Positions 1 to 17,685 of a stretch of 64,000 nt of DNA are shown here, piece after piece (position 1 is the first letter of the stretch; every line of letters begins with the position of its first letter). The translations under genes were made by a program, and so were the position numbers. The notes under the pieces were generated by a model that was given only the letters and a program-made list of their open reading frames with translations, was not told the origin of the DNA and did no database searches. The stretch is from the human T2T-CHM13v2.0 reference genome, Homo sapiens, in NCBI GenBank assembly GCA_009914755.4, contig CP086569.2, forward strand, positions 52,896,001 to 52,960,000. The letters run 5' to 3'.

Positions 1-186
1 CTATAATTATATAATTTCATATATAAGATGTATAATATGTATCATATATTATATATGTTATGTAATATATATAGTATATATAAGATGACACAGGATAAAT
101 ATTATATACTATGACATATAAAATATATGAGGTTATATGTTACATATAAGGCATAGCACATAACATGTAATATATATCATATATAA

Positions 187-483
187 TTTTTTATTAGACA
201 GAATCTTGTCCTGTTGCACAGGGTGGGGTAGAATGGCGCCATCTTTGCTCACTGCAACTTCTGCCTCACGGGTCCAAGCGATTGTCCTCCCTCAGCCTCC
301 CAGGTAGCTGGGACTACACCACACTGGGACTACACCAGCTGCCACCATGCCTAGCTAATTTTTTGGATTTTTAGTAGTGACAGCGTTTCACTGTATTGGC
401 CAGGATGGTCTTGATCTCTTCACCTTGTGATCCCCTTGCCTTGGCCTCCAAATTTGCTGGGATTACAGGCCTGAGTCAAGATC
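187..483 (-). mobile_element. Ancient full-length Alu (AluS/Y lineage), antisense, CpG-decayed. Unit 1 copy; this unit is the most diverged.
   Basis: The reverse complement reads as a dimeric Alu: poly-T at the left, then agacagaatcttgtcctgttgcacagggtgg, and gctgggattacaggcctgag at the right. The segment gatcacaaggtgaagagatcaagaccatcctggcc resembles the AluS/Y middle region. Confidence 0.9.
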
Positions 484-2607
484 CATATTTTTTAAATGAA
501 AAAAAATTTCAAAGGTACTCTGCTTGGTACAATAATCAAATGTATAAACTGAGGAATAAAACATAACCATGAAACCTACTTATAAATGCATATGGAAAAT
601 ACAGAGGATAATTTTTTAAATAACATATTTTGAAAGCCTTAACTAGTAATTTGAAGAGTTGGCATTTGAAAGGCCAGTATGAATATACCTTCAAAGCAGC
701 AACACAGGTTCCCCATGAGAAAAAGCAAACTCAGGGAAAATAAAACCACAAAGGTTCAATCTCTTCGTACCTTTGAAAGACACAGCACAGACAGTGGTCC
801 TTAGGACGAAGAGCAGGAGACCCCCTAATTCCGTCACCATGGCGATAGGGAATAAACCTTGCTGGGTGAGGGCACAATCCACATTGTGAGGTCGAACTGC
901 TGTCAGGAAGACAGGAGTCCTTTTACATAGACCGAAAGGTCATTGAAGGCTCAGAGTTCTGTTTCAAGAACTGAATCCCAAGCCCACACGTTATTAGGCT
1001 GCGCTTCTTAAAACAAGTTATGAGATGGGAAACAGGGCACCCACAAACATACGTATACATTATGTATATAATAATATACAGTATCATATATATAATATAT
1101 ATAACCTATGTATAATATTGTATTACATCCTGCATCTTATACTATATATGTTGTATAAAATATAATATTTGATAATATATAAGTTTTATATTTATACAAT
1201 ATGACATATGGTATATATTATAATTTATGACATATATAATATATGTTATATATCATATATAGAATATATTATACGGTTAATATACGTATTAAATATAAAT
1301 TATACATTATATATATTATATATAATATATCTGTTATATATAATACCCATTAAGCATAATATATATATTATGTCTATGTTATATATAGTATAAAACAACA
1401 TATAATAATATATAATTGTATATATAAAATGCGACATATAATATATATTATATTTTATGACATATGTAATATATATTATATATTTTATATAATACGTTGT
1501 ATGTATAATACCTATATTAAATATATATTATATGACTATGTTATTAATTACATGTCACATATGTTATATATTATATATTTTACATAGAATATACCGGTTA
1601 CATGCAATATATACTATGTTACCTATAATGTATAATTTATTACATGTAAAATAAAGAATGCAATATATTATGTATAATTTATAATATACAATATGTGGAA
1701 TGTGATATATATAACATATAATGTATGATATAAGATATAGAGTATATGATATATAACATACAATATATGATACCTAATATATATGGTATACAATATATAT
1801 TTTATGATATGTATTCTCTATGTTTTATATTCTGTTATATATAACTATTTGAAATTATATATAACTGTATAATATTTTATGTAAATATGTAAGATAATAT
1901 ATATAACCATATAATATATTATATATAACAATATATTATGTTATATATACTTATATAACATAATTTACATAAAATATCATAATATAATATATATTATATT
2001 ATTTCATATTACATAATATATATTACATATCACCCAATATAAGTAACATACATAATATTATAATATAGATTATATTATGTTATATTAAATATCATATATA
2101 TCATGTATCATATATTCTATAATATATATTATACATTATATAATATGTATGTTGTCTATTATGTGATATATATAACTATATATATAATTATATTATTATA
2201 CATATAACTAGATAAACATGTAATTCTACATATTTTCATTTATAATATATAGAATTATATAATCATATATAATTATTTATATTCTATAAAAAATTATATC
2301 ATTATATAAATTATAATATATAAAAATTATAAGATGTACTACAAATATATATATTATATATTATATATGATATAGCACCTTTGTTATATATCATAATACA
2401 TATAAATGTGTATTATGTTATCTATAATTATAAAATTTCATATATAAGATGTATAATATGTATTATATATTATATATGTTATGTAATATATATAGTATAT
2501 ATAAGATGACGCAGGATAAATATTATATACTATGACATATAAAATATATGAGGTTATATGTTACATATAAAGCATAGCACATAACATGTAATATATATCA
2601 TATATAA

Positions 2608-2905
2608 TTTTTTTTTAGACAGAGTCTTGTCGTGTTGCACAGGGTGGAGTACAATGGCGCCATCTTTGCTCACTGCAACATCTGCCTCACGGGTCCAAGC
2701 GATTGTCCTCCCTCAGACTCCCAGATAGCTGGGACTACACCACACTGGGACTACACCAGCTGCCACCATGCCTAGCTAATTTTTTGGATTTTTAGTAGTG
2801 ACAGCCTTTCACTGCATTGGCCAGGATGGTCTTGATCTCTTCACCTTGTGATCCCCTTGCCTTGGCCTCCAAATTTGCTGGGATTACAGGCCTGAGCCAA
2901 GATCC
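2608..2905 (-). mobile_element. Ancient Alu, antisense (unit 2). Contains a 16-bp internal tandem duplication, ctgggactacacca(ca/gc), at 2729-2760 that is shared by all units.
   Basis: Same element as at 187-483. Only about 4 CpGs remain (cacgggtccaagcgattg, atggcgcc, cagcgtttc). Confidence 0.9.
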
Positions 2906-3470
2906 ATATTTTTTAAATGAAAAAAAATTTCAAAGGTACTCTGCTTGGTACAATAATCAAATGTATAAACTGAGGAATAAAACATAACCATGAAACCTAC
3001 TTATAACTGCATATGGAAAATACAGAGGATAATTTTTAAATAACATATTTTGAAAGCCTTAACTAGTAATTTGAAGAGTTGGCATTTGAAAGGCCAGTAT
3101 GAATATACCTTCAAAGCAGCAACACAGGTTCCCCATGAGAAAAAGCAAACTCAGGGAAAATAAAACCACAAAGGTTCAATCTCTTCTGACCTTTGAAAGA
3201 CACAGCACAGACAGTGGTCCTTAGGACGAAGAGCAGGAGACCCCTAATTCCGTCACCATGGCGATAGGGCATAAACATTGCTGGGTGAGGGCACAATCCA
3301 CATTGTGAGGTCCAACTGCTGCCAGGAAGACAGGAGTGCTTTTACATAGACCGAAAGGTCATTGAAGGCTCAGAGTTTTGTTTCAAGAACTGAATAACAA
3401 GCCCACACGTTATTAGGCTGCGCTTCTTAAAACAAGTTATGAGATGGGAAAAAGGGCACCCACAAACATA
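2906..3470. repeat. Representative 'unique' module of the repeat unit (~565 bp, ~40-45% GC). Origin unrecognised. It recurs once per unit immediately after the antisense Alu.
   Basis: Runs from atattttttaaatgaaaaaaaatttcaaaggtactctgc to gggcacccacaaacatac. Present in all 27 units. Retains about 6 CpGs. Contains the recurring 61-aa and 71-aa minus-strand ORFs. Confidence 0.8.
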
Positions 3471-5324
<1,854 letters not shown>

Positions 5325-7420
5325 ACATTTTTTAAATGAAAAAAAATTTCAAAGGTACTCTGCTTGGTACAATAATCAAATGTATAAACTGAGGAATAAA
5401 ACATAACCATGAAACCTACTTATAACTGCATATGGAAAATACAGAGGATAATTTTTTAAATAACATATTTTGAAAGCCTTAACTAGTAATTTGAAGAGTT
5501 GGCATTTGAAAGGCCAGTATGAATATACCTTCAAAGCAGCAACACAGGTACCCCATGAGAAAAAGCAAACTCAGGGAAAATGAAACCACAAAGTTTCAAT
5601 CTCTTCTGACCTTTGAAAGACACAGCACAGACAGTGGTCCTTAGGACGAAGAGCAGGAGACCCCTAATTCCGTCACCATGGCGATAGGGCATAAACATTG
5701 CTGGGTGAGGGCACAATCCACATTGTGAGGTCCAACTGCTGCCAGGAAGACAGGAGTGCTTTTACATAGACCGAAAGGTCATTGAAGGCTCAGAGTTTTG
5801 TTTCAAGAACTGAATCCCAAGCCCTCACGTTATTAGGTTGCGCTTCTTAAAACAAGTTATGAGATGGGAAAAAGGGCACCCACAAACATACGTATACATT
5901 ATGTATATAATAATATACAGTATCATATATATAATATATATAACCTATGTATAATATTGTTTTACATCCTGCATCTTATGTTATATATATTGTATGAAAT
6001 ATAATAATTGATAATATATAAGTTTATATTTATAAAATATGACATATAGTATATAATATAATTTATGACATATATAATATATGTTATATATCATATATAG
6101 AATATATTATACGGTTAATATACGTATTAAATATAAATTATACATTATATATACTATATATAATATATCTATTATACATAATACCCATTATGCATAATAT
6201 ATATATTATGTCTATGTTATATATAGTATAAAACAACACATAATAATATACAATTGTATATATAAAATGCGACATATAATATATATTATATTTTATGACA
6301 TGTAATATATATTATATATTATATATAATACGTTGTATGTATAATACCTATATTAAATATATATTATATGTCTATGTTATTAATTACATGTCACATATGT
6401 TATATATTATATATTTTACATGGAATATACCCGTAACATACAATATATACTATGTTACCTATAATGTATAATTGATTAAATGTGAAATAAAGAATTCAAT
6501 ATATTATGTATAATTTATAATATACAATATGTGGAATGTGATATATATAACATATAATATATGATATATGATATACAGTATATGATATATAACATACAAT
6601 ATATGATACCTAATATATATGGTATACAATATATATTTTATGATATGTATTCTATATGTTTTATATTCTGTTATATATAACTATTTGAAATTATATATAA
6701 CTGTATAATATTTTATGTAAATATGTAATATAATATATATAACTATATAATATATTATATATAACTATACATTATGTTATATATACTTTTATAACATAAT
6801 TTACATAAAATGTCAAAATATAATATATATTATATTATTTCATATTACATAATATATATTACATATCACCCAACATAAGTAACATACCTAATATTATAAT
6901 ATAGATTATATTGTGTTATATTAAATATCATATATATCATGTATCATATATTCTATAATATATATTACACGTTATATAATATGTATGTTGTCTATTATGT
7001 GATATATATAACTATATATATAATTATATTTTTATACATATAACTAGATAAACATGTAATTCTACATATTTTCATTTATAATATGTAGAATTATATAATC
7101 ATATATAATTATTTATATTCTATAAAAAATTTTATCATTATATAAATTATAATATATAAAAATTATAATATGTACTACAAATATATATATTATATATCAT
7201 ATATGATATAGTACCTTTGTTATATATCATAATACATATAAATGTGTATTATGTTATCTATAATTATATAATTTCATATATAAGATGTATAATATGTGTC
7301 ATATATTATATATGTTATGTAATATATATAGTATATATAAGATGACACAGGATAAATATTATATACTATGACATATAAAATATATGAGGTTATATGTTAC
7401 ATATAAGGCATAGCACATAA

Positions 7421-7741
<321 letters not shown>

Positions 7742-9833
7742 ATATTTTTTAAATGAAAAAAAATTTCAAAGGTACTCTGCTTGGTACAATAATCAAATGT
7801 ATAAACTGAGGAATAAAACATAACCATGAAACCTACTTATAACTGCATATGGAAAATACAGAGGATAATTTTTTAAATAACATATTTTGAAAGCCTTAAC
7901 TAGTAATTTGAAGAGTTGGCATTTGAAAGGCCAGTATGAATATACCTTCAAAGCAGCAACACAGGTTCCCCATGAGAAAAAGCAAACACAGGGAAAATAA
8001 AACCACAAAGGTTCAATCTCTTCTGACCTTTGAAAGACACAGCACAGACAGTGGTCCTTAGGACGAAGAGCAGGAGACCCCTAATTCCGTCACCATGGCG
8101 ATAGGGCATAAACATTGCTGGGTGAGGGCACAATCCACATTGTAAGGTCCAACTGCTGCCAGGAAGACAGGAGTGCTTTTACATAGACCGAAAGGTCATT
8201 GAAGGCTCAGAGTTTTGTTTCAAGAACTGAATCCCAAGCCCACTCGTTATTAGGCTGCGCTTCTTAAAACAAGTTATGAGATGGGAAAAAGGGCACCCAC
8301 AAACATACGTATACATTATGTATATAATAATATACAGTATCATATATATAATATATATAACCTATGTATAATATTGTTTTACATCCTGCATCTTATGTTA
8401 TATATATTGTATAAAATATAGTAATTGATAATATATAAGTTTTATAATTATACAATATGACATATAGTATATATTATAATTTATGACATATATAATATAT
8501 GTTATATATCATATATAGAATATATTATACGGTTAATATACGTATTAAATATAAATTATACATTATATATATTATATATAATATATCTGTTATATATAAT
8601 ACACATTATGCATAATATATATATTATGTCTATGTTATATATAGTATAAAACAACATATAATAATATATAATTGTATCTATAAAATGCGACATAGAATAT
8701 ATATTATATTTTATAACATATGTAATATATATTATATATAATACGTTGTATGTATAATACCTATATTAAATATATATTATATGACTATGTTATTAATTAC
8801 ATGTCACATGTGTTATATATTATATATTTTACATAGAATATACCGGTTACATACAATATATACTATGTTACCTATAATGTATAATTGATTACATGTAAAA
8901 TAAATAATGCAATATATTATGTATAATTTATAATACACAATATGTGGAATGTGATATATATAACATATAATATATGATATATGATATACAGTATAAGATA
9001 TATAACATACAATATATGATACCTAATATATATGGTATACAATATATATTTTATGATATGTATTCTATATGTTTTATATTCTGTTATATATAACTATTTG
9101 AAATTATATATAACTGTATAATATTTTATGTAAATATGTAATATAATATATGTAACTATAAAATATATTATATATAACTATATATTATGTTATATATACT
9201 TTTATAACATAATTTACATAAAATATCATAATATAATATATATTATATTATTTCATATTACATAATATATATTACATATCACCCAATATAAGTAACATAC
9301 ATAATATTAAATTATATATTATATTATGTTATATTAAATATTATATATATCATGTATCATATATTCTATAATATATATTACACATTATATAATATGTATG
9401 TTGTCTATTATGTGATATATATATCTATATATATAATTATATTATTATACATATAACTAGATAAACATGTAATTCTACATATTTTCATTTATAATATATA
9501 GAATTATATAATCATATATAATTATTTATATTCTATAAAAAATTATATCATTATATAAATTATAATATATAAAAATTATAATATGTACTACAAATATATA
9601 TATTATATATCATATATGATATAGTACCTTTGTTATATATCATAATACATATAAATGTGTATTATGTTATCTATAATTATATAATTTCATATATAAGATG
9701 TATAATATGTATCATATACTATATATGTTATGTAATATATATAGTATATATAAGATGACACAGGATAAATATTATATACTATGACATATAAAATATATGA
9801 GGTTATATGTTACATATAAGGCATAGCACATAA

Positions 9834-10154
<321 letters not shown>

Positions 10155-12181
10155 ATATTTTGTAAATGAAAAAAAATTTCAAAGGTACTCTGCTTGGTAC
10201 AATAATCAAATGTATAAACTGAGGAATAAAACATAACCATGAAACCTACTTATAACTGCATATGGAAAATACAGAGGATAATTTTTTAAATAACATATTT
10301 TGAAAGCCTTAACTAGTAATTTGAAGAGTTGGCATTTGAAAGGCCAGTATGAATATACCTTCAAAGCAGCAACACAGGTTCCCCATGAGAAAAAGCAAAC
10401 TCAGGGAAAATAAAACCACAAAGGTTCAATCTCTTCTGACCTTTGAAAGACACAGCACAGACAGTGGTCCTTAGGACGAAGAGCAGGAGACCCCTAATTC
10501 CGTCACCATGGCGATAGGGCATAAACATTGCTGGGTGAGGGCACAATCCACATTGTGAGGTCCAACTGCTGCCAGAAAGACAGGAGTGCTTTTACATAGA
10601 CCGAAAGGTCATTGAAGGCTCAGAGTTTTGTTTCAAGAACTGAATCCCAAGCCCACACGTTATTAGGCTGCGCTTCTTAAAACAAGTTCTGAGATGGGAA
10701 AAAGGGCACCCACAAACATACGTATACATTATGTATATAATAATATACAGTATCATATATATAATATATATAACCTATGTATAATATTGTTTTACATCCT
10801 GCATCTTATGTTATATATATTGTATAAAATATAATAATTGATAATATATAAGTTTTATATTTATAAAATATGACATATAGTATATATTATAATTTATGAC
10901 ATATATAATATATGTTATATATCATATATAGAATATATTATACGGATAATATACGTATTAAATATAAATTATACATTATATATATTATATATAATATATC
11001 TGTTATATATAATACCCATTATGCATAATATATATATAATGTCTATGTTATATATAGTATAAAACAACATATAATAATATATAATTGTATATATAAAATG
11101 CGACATATAATATATATTATATTTTATGACATATGTAATATATATTATATATTATATATAATACGTTGTATGTATAATACCTATATTAAATATATGTTAT
11201 ATGACTATATTATTAATTACATGTCACATATGTTATATATTATATATTTTACATAGAATATACAGGTTACATACAATATATACTATGTTACCTATAATGT
11301 ATAATTTATTACATGTAAAATAAAGAATGTAATATATTATGTATAATTTATAATATACAATATGTGGAATGTGATATATATAACATATAATATATGATAT
11401 ATGATATACAGTATATGATATATAACATACAATATATGATACCTAATATATATGTTATACAATATATATTTTATGATATGTATTCTATATGTTTTATATT
11501 CTGTTTTATATATCTATTTGAAATTATATATAACTGTATAATATTTTATGTAAATATGTAATATAATATATATAACTATATAATATATAATATATAACTA
11601 TATATTATGTTATATATACTTTTATAACATAATTTACATAAAATATCGTAATATAATATATATTATATTATTTCATATTACATAATATATATTACATATC
11701 ACCCAATATAAGTAACATACATAATATTATACTATAGATTATATTATGTTATATTAAATATCATATATATCATGTATCATATATTCTATAATAGATATTA
11801 TACATTATATAATATGTATGTTGTCTATTATGTGATATATATAACTATATATATAATTATATTATTATACATATAACTAGATAAACATGTAATTCTACAT
11901 ATTTTCATTTATAATATGTAGAATTATATAATCATATATAATTATTTATATTCTATAAAAAATTTTATCATTATATAAATTATAATATATAAAAATTATA
12001 ATATGTACTACAAATATATATATTATATATCATATATGATATAGTACCTTTGTTATATATCATAATACATATAAATGTGTATTATGTTATCTATAATTAT
12101 ATAATTTCATATATAAGATGTATAATATGTGTCATATAATATATATGTTATGTAATATATATAGTATATATAAGATGACAC

Positions 12182-12193
12182 AGGATAAATATT
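12182..12193. repeat. Left target-site duplication (TSD) of the young Alu insertion (aggataaatatt)
   Basis: aggataaatatt directly precedes the Alu body. The same 12 bp recur directly after the poly-A at 12462-12473. Other units have a single copy (gacacaggataaatattatatact). Confidence 0.85.
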
Positions 12194-12509
<316 letters not shown>

Positions 12510-12556
12510 TTACATATAAGGCATAGCACATAACATGTAATATATATCATATATAA

Positions 12557-12853
<297 letters not shown>

Positions 12854-14983
12854 ACATTTTTTAAATGAAAAAAAATTTCAAAGGTACTCTGCTTGGTACA
12901 ATAATCAAATGTATAAACTGAGGAATAAAACATAACCATGAAACCTACTTATAACTGCATATGGAAAATACAGAGGATAATTTTTTAAATAACATATTTT
13001 GAAAGCCTTAACTAGTAATTTGAAGAGTTGGCATTTGAAAGGCCAGTATGAATATACCTTCAAAGCAGCAACACAGGTTCCCCATGAGGAAAAGCAAACT
13101 CAGGGAAAATAAAACCACAAAGGTTCAATCTCTTCTGACCTTTGAAAGACACAGCACAGACAGTGGTCCTTAGGACGAAGAGCAGGAGACCCCTAATTCC
13201 GTCACCATGGCGATAGGGCATAAACATTGCTGGGTGAGGACACAATCCACATTGTGAGGTCCAACTGCTGCCAGGAAGACAGGTGTGCTTTTACATAGAC
13301 CGAAAGGTCATTGAAGGCTCAGAGTTTTGTTTCAAGAACTGAATCCCAAGCCCTCACGTTATTAGGCTGCGCTTCTTAAAACATGTTATGAGATGGGAAA
13401 AAGGGCACCCACAAACATACGTATACATTATGTATATAATAATATACAGTATCATATATATAATATATATAACCTATGTATAATATTGTTTTACATCCTG
13501 CATCTTATGTTATACATATTGTATGAAATATAATAATTGATAATATATAAGTTTATATTTATAAAATATGACATATAGTATATAATATAATTTATGACAT
13601 ATATAATATATGTTATATATCATATGAAGAATATATTATACGGTTAATATACGTATTAAATATAAATTATACATTATATATATTATATATAATATATCTA
13701 TTATATATAATACCCATTATGCATAATATATATATTATGTCTATGTTATATATAGTATAAAACAACACATAATAATATACAATTGTATATATAAAATGCG
13801 ACATATAATATATATTATATTTTATGACATGTAATATATATTATATATTATATATAATACGTTGTATGTATAATACCTATATTAAATATATATTATATGT
13901 CTATGTTATTAATTACATGTCACATATGTTATATATTATATATTTTACATGGAATATACCGGTAACATACAATATATACTATGTTACCTATAATGTATAA
14001 TTGATTACATGTGAAATAAAGAATTCAATATATTATGTATAATTTATAATATACAATATGTGGAATGTGATATATATAACATATAATATATGATATATGA
14101 TACACAGTATATGATATATAACATACAATATATGATACCTAATATATATTATATACAATATATATTTTATGATATGTATTCTATATGTTTTATATTCTGT
14201 TATATATAACTATTTGAAATTATATGTAACTGTATAATATTTTATGTAAATATGTAATATAATATATATAACTATATAATATATTATATATAACTATATA
14301 TTATGTTATGTATACTTTTATAACATAATTTACATAAAATATCATAATATAATATATATTATATTATTTCATATTACATAATATATATTACATATCACCC
14401 AATATAAGTAACATACATAATATTATAATATAGATTATATTATGTTATATTAAATATCATATATATCATGTATCATATATTCTATAATCTATATTATACA
14501 TTATATAATATGTATGTTGTCTATTATGTGATATATATAACTATATATATAATTATATTATTATACATATAACTAGATAAACATGTAATTCTACATATTT
14601 TCATTTATAATATATAGAATTATATAATCATATATAATTATTTATATTCTATAAAAAATTATATCATTATATAAATTATAATATATAAAAATTATAATAT
14701 GTAGTACAAATATATATATTATATATCTTATATGATATAGTACCTTTGTTTTATATCATAATACATAAAAATGTGTATTATATTACCTATAATTATATAA
14801 TTTCATATATAAGATGTATAATATGTATCATATATTATATATGTTATGTAATATATATAGTATATATAAGATGACACAGGATAAATATTATATACTATGA
14901 CATATAAAATATATGAGGTTATATGTTACATATAAGGCATAGCACATAACATGTAATATATATCATATATAATTTTTTTTTGA

Positions 14984-15269
14984 CAGAGTCTTGTCCTGTT
15001 GCACAGGGTGGGGTACAATGGCGCCATCTTTGCTCACTGCAACTTCTGCCTCACAGGTCCAAGCGATTGTCCTCCCTCAGCCTCCCAGGTAGCTGGGACT
15101 ACACCACACTGGGACTACACCAGCTGCCACCATGCCTAGCTAATTTTTTGGATTTTTAGTAGTGACAGCGTTTCACTGTATTGGCCAGGATGGTCTTGAT
15201 CTCTTCACCTTGTGATCCCCTTGCCTTGGCCTCCAAATTTGCTGGGATTACAGGCCTGAGCCAAGATCC
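14984..15269 (-). mobile_element. Ancient Alu, antisense (unit 7)
   Basis: Periodic copy. Confidence 0.9.
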
Positions 15270-17388
15270 ATATTTTTTAAATGAAAAAAAATTTCAAAGG
15301 TACTCTGCTTGGTACAATAATCAAATGTATAAACTGAGGAATAAAACATAACCATGAAACCTACTTATAACTGCATATGGAAAATACAGAGGATAATTTT
15401 TTAAATAACATATTTTGAAAGCCTTAACTAGTAATTTGAAGAGTTGGCATTTGAAAGGCCAGTATGAATATACCTTCAAAGCAGCAACACAGGTTCCCCA
15501 TGAGAAAAAGCAAACACAGGGAAAATAAAACCACAAAGGTTCAATCTCTTCTGACCTTTGAAAGACACAGCACAGACACTGGTCCTTAGGACGAAGAGCA
15601 GGAGACCCCTAATTCCGTCACCATGGCGATAGGGCATAAACATTGCTGGGTGAGGGCACAATCCACATTGTGAGGTCCAACTGCTGCCAGGAAGACAGGT
15701 GTGCTTTTACATAGACCGAAAGGTCATTGAAGGCTCAGAGTTTTGTTTCAAGAACTGAATCCCAAGCCCACACGTTATTAGGCTGCGCTTCTTAAAACAG
15801 GTTATGAGATGGGAAACAGGGCACCCACAAACATACGTATACATTATGTATATAATAATATACAGTATCATATATATAATATATATAACCTATGTATAAT
15901 ATTGTTTTACATCCTGCATCTTATGTTATATATATTGTATAAAATATAATAATTGATAATATATAAGTTTTATAATTATACAATATGACATATAGTATAT
16001 ATTATAATTTATGACATATATAATATATGTTATATATCATATATAGAATATATTATACGGTTAATATACGTATTAAATATAAATTATACATTATATATAT
16101 TATATATAATATATCTGTTATATATAATACCCATTATGCATAATATATATATTATGTCTATGTTATATATAGTATAAAACAACATATAATAATATATAAT
16201 TGTATATAGAAAACGCGACATATAATATATATTATATTTTCTGACATATGTAATATATATTATATATTATATAAAATACGTTGTATGTATACCTATATTA
16301 AATATATATTATATGACTATGTTATTAATTACATGTCACATATGTTATATATTATATATTTTACATAGAATATACCGGTTACATACAATATATACTATGT
16401 TACCTACAATGTATAATTGATTACATGTAAAATAAAGAATGCAATATATTATATATAATTTATAATATACAATATGTGGAATGTGATATATATAACATAT
16501 AATGTATGATATATGATATACAGTATATGATATATAACATACAATATATGATTCCTAATATATATGGTATACAATATATATTTTATGATATGTATTCTAT
16601 ATGTTTTATATTCTGTTATATATAACTATTTGAAATTATATATAACTGTATAATATTTTATGTAAATATGTAATATAATATATATAACTATATAATATAT
16701 TATATATAACTATATATTATGTTATATATACTTTTATAACATAATTTACATAAAATATCATAATATAATATATATTATATTATTTCATATTACATAATAT
16801 ATATTACATATCACCCAATATAAGTAACATACATAATATTATAATATAGATTATATTATGTTATATTAAATATCATATATATCATGTATCATATATTCTA
16901 TAATCTATATTATACATTATATAATATGTATGTTGTCTATTATGTGATATATATAACTATATATATAATTATATTATTATACATATAACTAGATAAACAT
17001 GTAATTCTACATATTTTCATTTATAATATATAGAATTATATAAACATATATAATTATTTATATTCTATAAAAAATTATATCATTATATAAATTATAATAT
17101 ATAAAAATTATAATATGTAGTACAAATATATATATTATATATCTTATATGATATAGTACCTTTGTTATATATCATAATACATAAAAATGTGTATTATATT
17201 ACCTATAATTATATAATTTCATATATAAGATGTATAATATGTATCATATATTATATATGTTATGTAATATATATAGTATATATAAGATGACACAGGATAA
17301 ATATTATATACTATGACATATAAAATATATGAGGTTATATGTTACATATAAGGCATAGCACATAACATGTAATATATATCATATATAA

Positions 17389-17685
17389 TTTTTTTTTGAC
17401 AGAGTCTTGTCCTGTTGCACAGGGTGGGGTACAATGGCGCCATCTTTGCTCACTGCAACTTCTGCCTCACAGGTCCAAGCGATTGTCCTCCCTCAGCCTC
17501 CCAGGTAGCTGGGACTACACCACACTGGGACTACACCAGCTGCCACCATGCCTAGCTAATTTTTTGGATTTTTAGTAGTGACAGCGTTTCACTGTATTGG
17601 CCAGGATGGTCTTGATCTCTTCACCTTGTGATCCCCTTGCCTTGGCCTCCAAATTTGCTGGGATTACAGGCCTGAGCCAAGATCC
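17389..17685 (-). mobile_element. Ancient Alu, antisense (unit 8)
   Basis: Periodic copy. Confidence 0.9.

Noticed and set aside
1208-1393. ORFs made of Y/I/N/L (e.g. MVYIIIYDIYNICYISYIEYIIRLIYVLNINY...; also 3662-3853, 18657-18839, 30834-31022, 59607-59789, 62027-62209)
   Set aside because: Translations of the TA-rich module. Low-complexity, with no start/stop context or conservation beyond repeat identity.
2729-2760. 16-bp tandem duplication inside the Alu as an independent microsatellite or regulatory motif
   Set aside because: Identical in all units and internal to the Alu. It is simply an inherited feature of the founding copy.
3111-3296. Recurring 61-aa minus-strand ORF (MCPHPAMFMPYRHGDGIRGLLLFVLRTTVCAVSFKGQKRLNLCGFIFPEFAFSHGEPVLLL) present about once per 2.4 kb, 27 times, as a possible multicopy gene family
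   Set aside because: Short, with no recognisable domain. Overlaps a second ORF in another frame. Frame-disrupted in units 1 and 19 without compensation. It is 'conserved' only because it sits in tandemly repeated DNA. Amino-acid changes between units (G/V, E/V, M/V, T/S) appear as frequent as silent ones.
7793-8008. 71-aa minus-strand ORF (MW/CFYFPCVCFFSWGTCVAALKVYSY...) recurring in the unique module
   Set aside because: Same reasoning. It is a low-complexity, aromatic/Cys-rich translation of non-coding DNA, and its start codon and length vary between units (70, 71, 80 aa).
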